Shown in pieces: positions 63,368 to 64,000 of a stretch of 64,000 bases of DNA. Source of the DNA: Acidobacteriota bacterium (GTDB taxonomy: Bacteria; Acidobacteriota; Terriglobia; 2-12-FULL-54-10); NCBI GenBank assembly GCA_009691245.1, contig SHUM01000003.1, positions 3,099 through 67,098 on the forward strand, read 5' to 3'. Each line of letters opens with the position of its first letter. Position 1 is the stretch's first letter. The notes under the pieces were generated by a model that saw only the letters and a program-made list of their open reading frames with translations, made no database searches and was not told the origin of the DNA. Both the position numbers and the translations under genes were made by a program.

Positions 63368-63727
63368 TTACAGGTTTTTGATTCGGTTCTTGATTTTCTC
63401 GGCCAATTTTTCGATGGCCTCGGCCTTTTTCATCGCGCCTAATGACATTTCGTCTTCCGTGGTGGCGCGCAAAATGTCGCGCAACTCGGTGCTCATCTCC
63501 ACTAATTGCCGCGACTCCTTCTGCATCGCTTCGAAACTTTCCTTGAGCATGCGCCTGGCGAGCTTCTTGCGAGGATCGTTGGGATCCGTCTCGTCGTGGC
63601 GGGAATTGGTGGATGGGAGACGGGGGCTGTTCCGCTGGGCCTGACCCACCCAGGCGGCCCCCAGCAGTATCCCGATCACCAGTATCATGATTCGCATGAT
63701 GGCGTTTCGTAAACAGGTGTTCTTCAT
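63368..63727 (-). CDS. Small secreted/periplasmic helical protein, function unknown
   Basis: Signal peptide MRIMILVIGILLGAAWVGQA. Charged helical body. 119 aa. Confidence 0.5.
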   Translation of the reverse strand: MKNTCLRNAIMRIMILVIGILLGAAWVGQAQRNSPRLPSTNSRHDETDPNDPRKKLARRMLKESFEAMQKESRQLVEMSTELRDILRATTEDEMSLGAMKKAEAIEKLAEKIKNRIKNL

Positions 63728-63927
63728 GATGCCCTCCTCTGCAGGGACAGTGCATCCGCGGCCCGAGTAGCGGCCTTCTGGCTCTCATCATACAAAATTA
63801 ATGGGCGGATGTTGGAGGATTATTCAGCGAGCAGGCAGGTCGCGCGAAGGACGAACCAGGCCGCGCTCGTGAGATTCTGCGACTGGGCATTCTTGGACCG
63901 GGAGTACGCCGACCCTTACTCGCGATA

Positions 63928-64000
63928 ATGGAAACGCAGTTGAACTTTCTTGATTTGGATGATGTCGCCCTCATTCAACTCCTGCGGCGCGGTCAGCGCC
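63928..64000 (+). CDS. 5' end of an ORF running off the window (METQLNFLDLDDVALIQLLRRGQR...), possibly an ECF sigma-factor-like N-terminus
   Basis: Only 24 codons visible. Assignment speculative. Confidence 0.2.
   Translation, partial: METQLNFLDLDDVALIQLLRRGQR

Overview
High-GC (~62-65%) bacterial chromosomal window. It looks Acidobacteria (Solibacter-like) from a Solibacter-type C-terminal domain protein and two CarboxypepD_reg-type TonB-dependent receptors. Most of the window is housekeeping: purD (partial), pfkA, ddl, a CarD/CdnL regulator, a CHASE2 histidine kinase, uvrA and uvrB, gltB-gltD with a divergent LysR regulator, a cdaA-cdaR-glmM c-di-AMP operon, acyP, apt, purU, rpsT, tRNA-His, an NtrC-family sigma-54 activator, and GT2 plus YdjC-deacetylase genes. 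Between these there is a lot of unexplained structure. (1) Two or three families of long palindromic hairpin repeats sit within ~10-30 bp of gene 3' ends; one variant copy lies in-frame inside a SAM-methyltransferase gene. (2) Two low-GC islets flank uvrB and carry degenerate toxin-antitoxin remnants (a DUF4160-like fragment plus a DUF2442-like/HTH protein; an orphan BrnA-like antitoxin next to a 255-bp palindromic element) and orphan proteins. (3) A PemK-like toxin/antitoxin pair lies next to a dual-specificity phosphatase, an acidic/basic histone-H1-like protein and a divergent HipA-like kinase. (4) Two genes (DinB_2-like, YidB-like) are each interrupted by a single in-frame stop. (5) A perfect sigma-54 -24/-12 element, with an upstream dyad, directly follows the NtrC-like gene and drives no obvious protein gene, so it is a candidate sRNA or small ORF. 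(6) A self-contained 18-codon Lys-rich mini-gene has a consensus sigma-70 promoter and an intrinsic terminator. No CRISPR array, rRNA, transposase, integrase or phage gene was seen.
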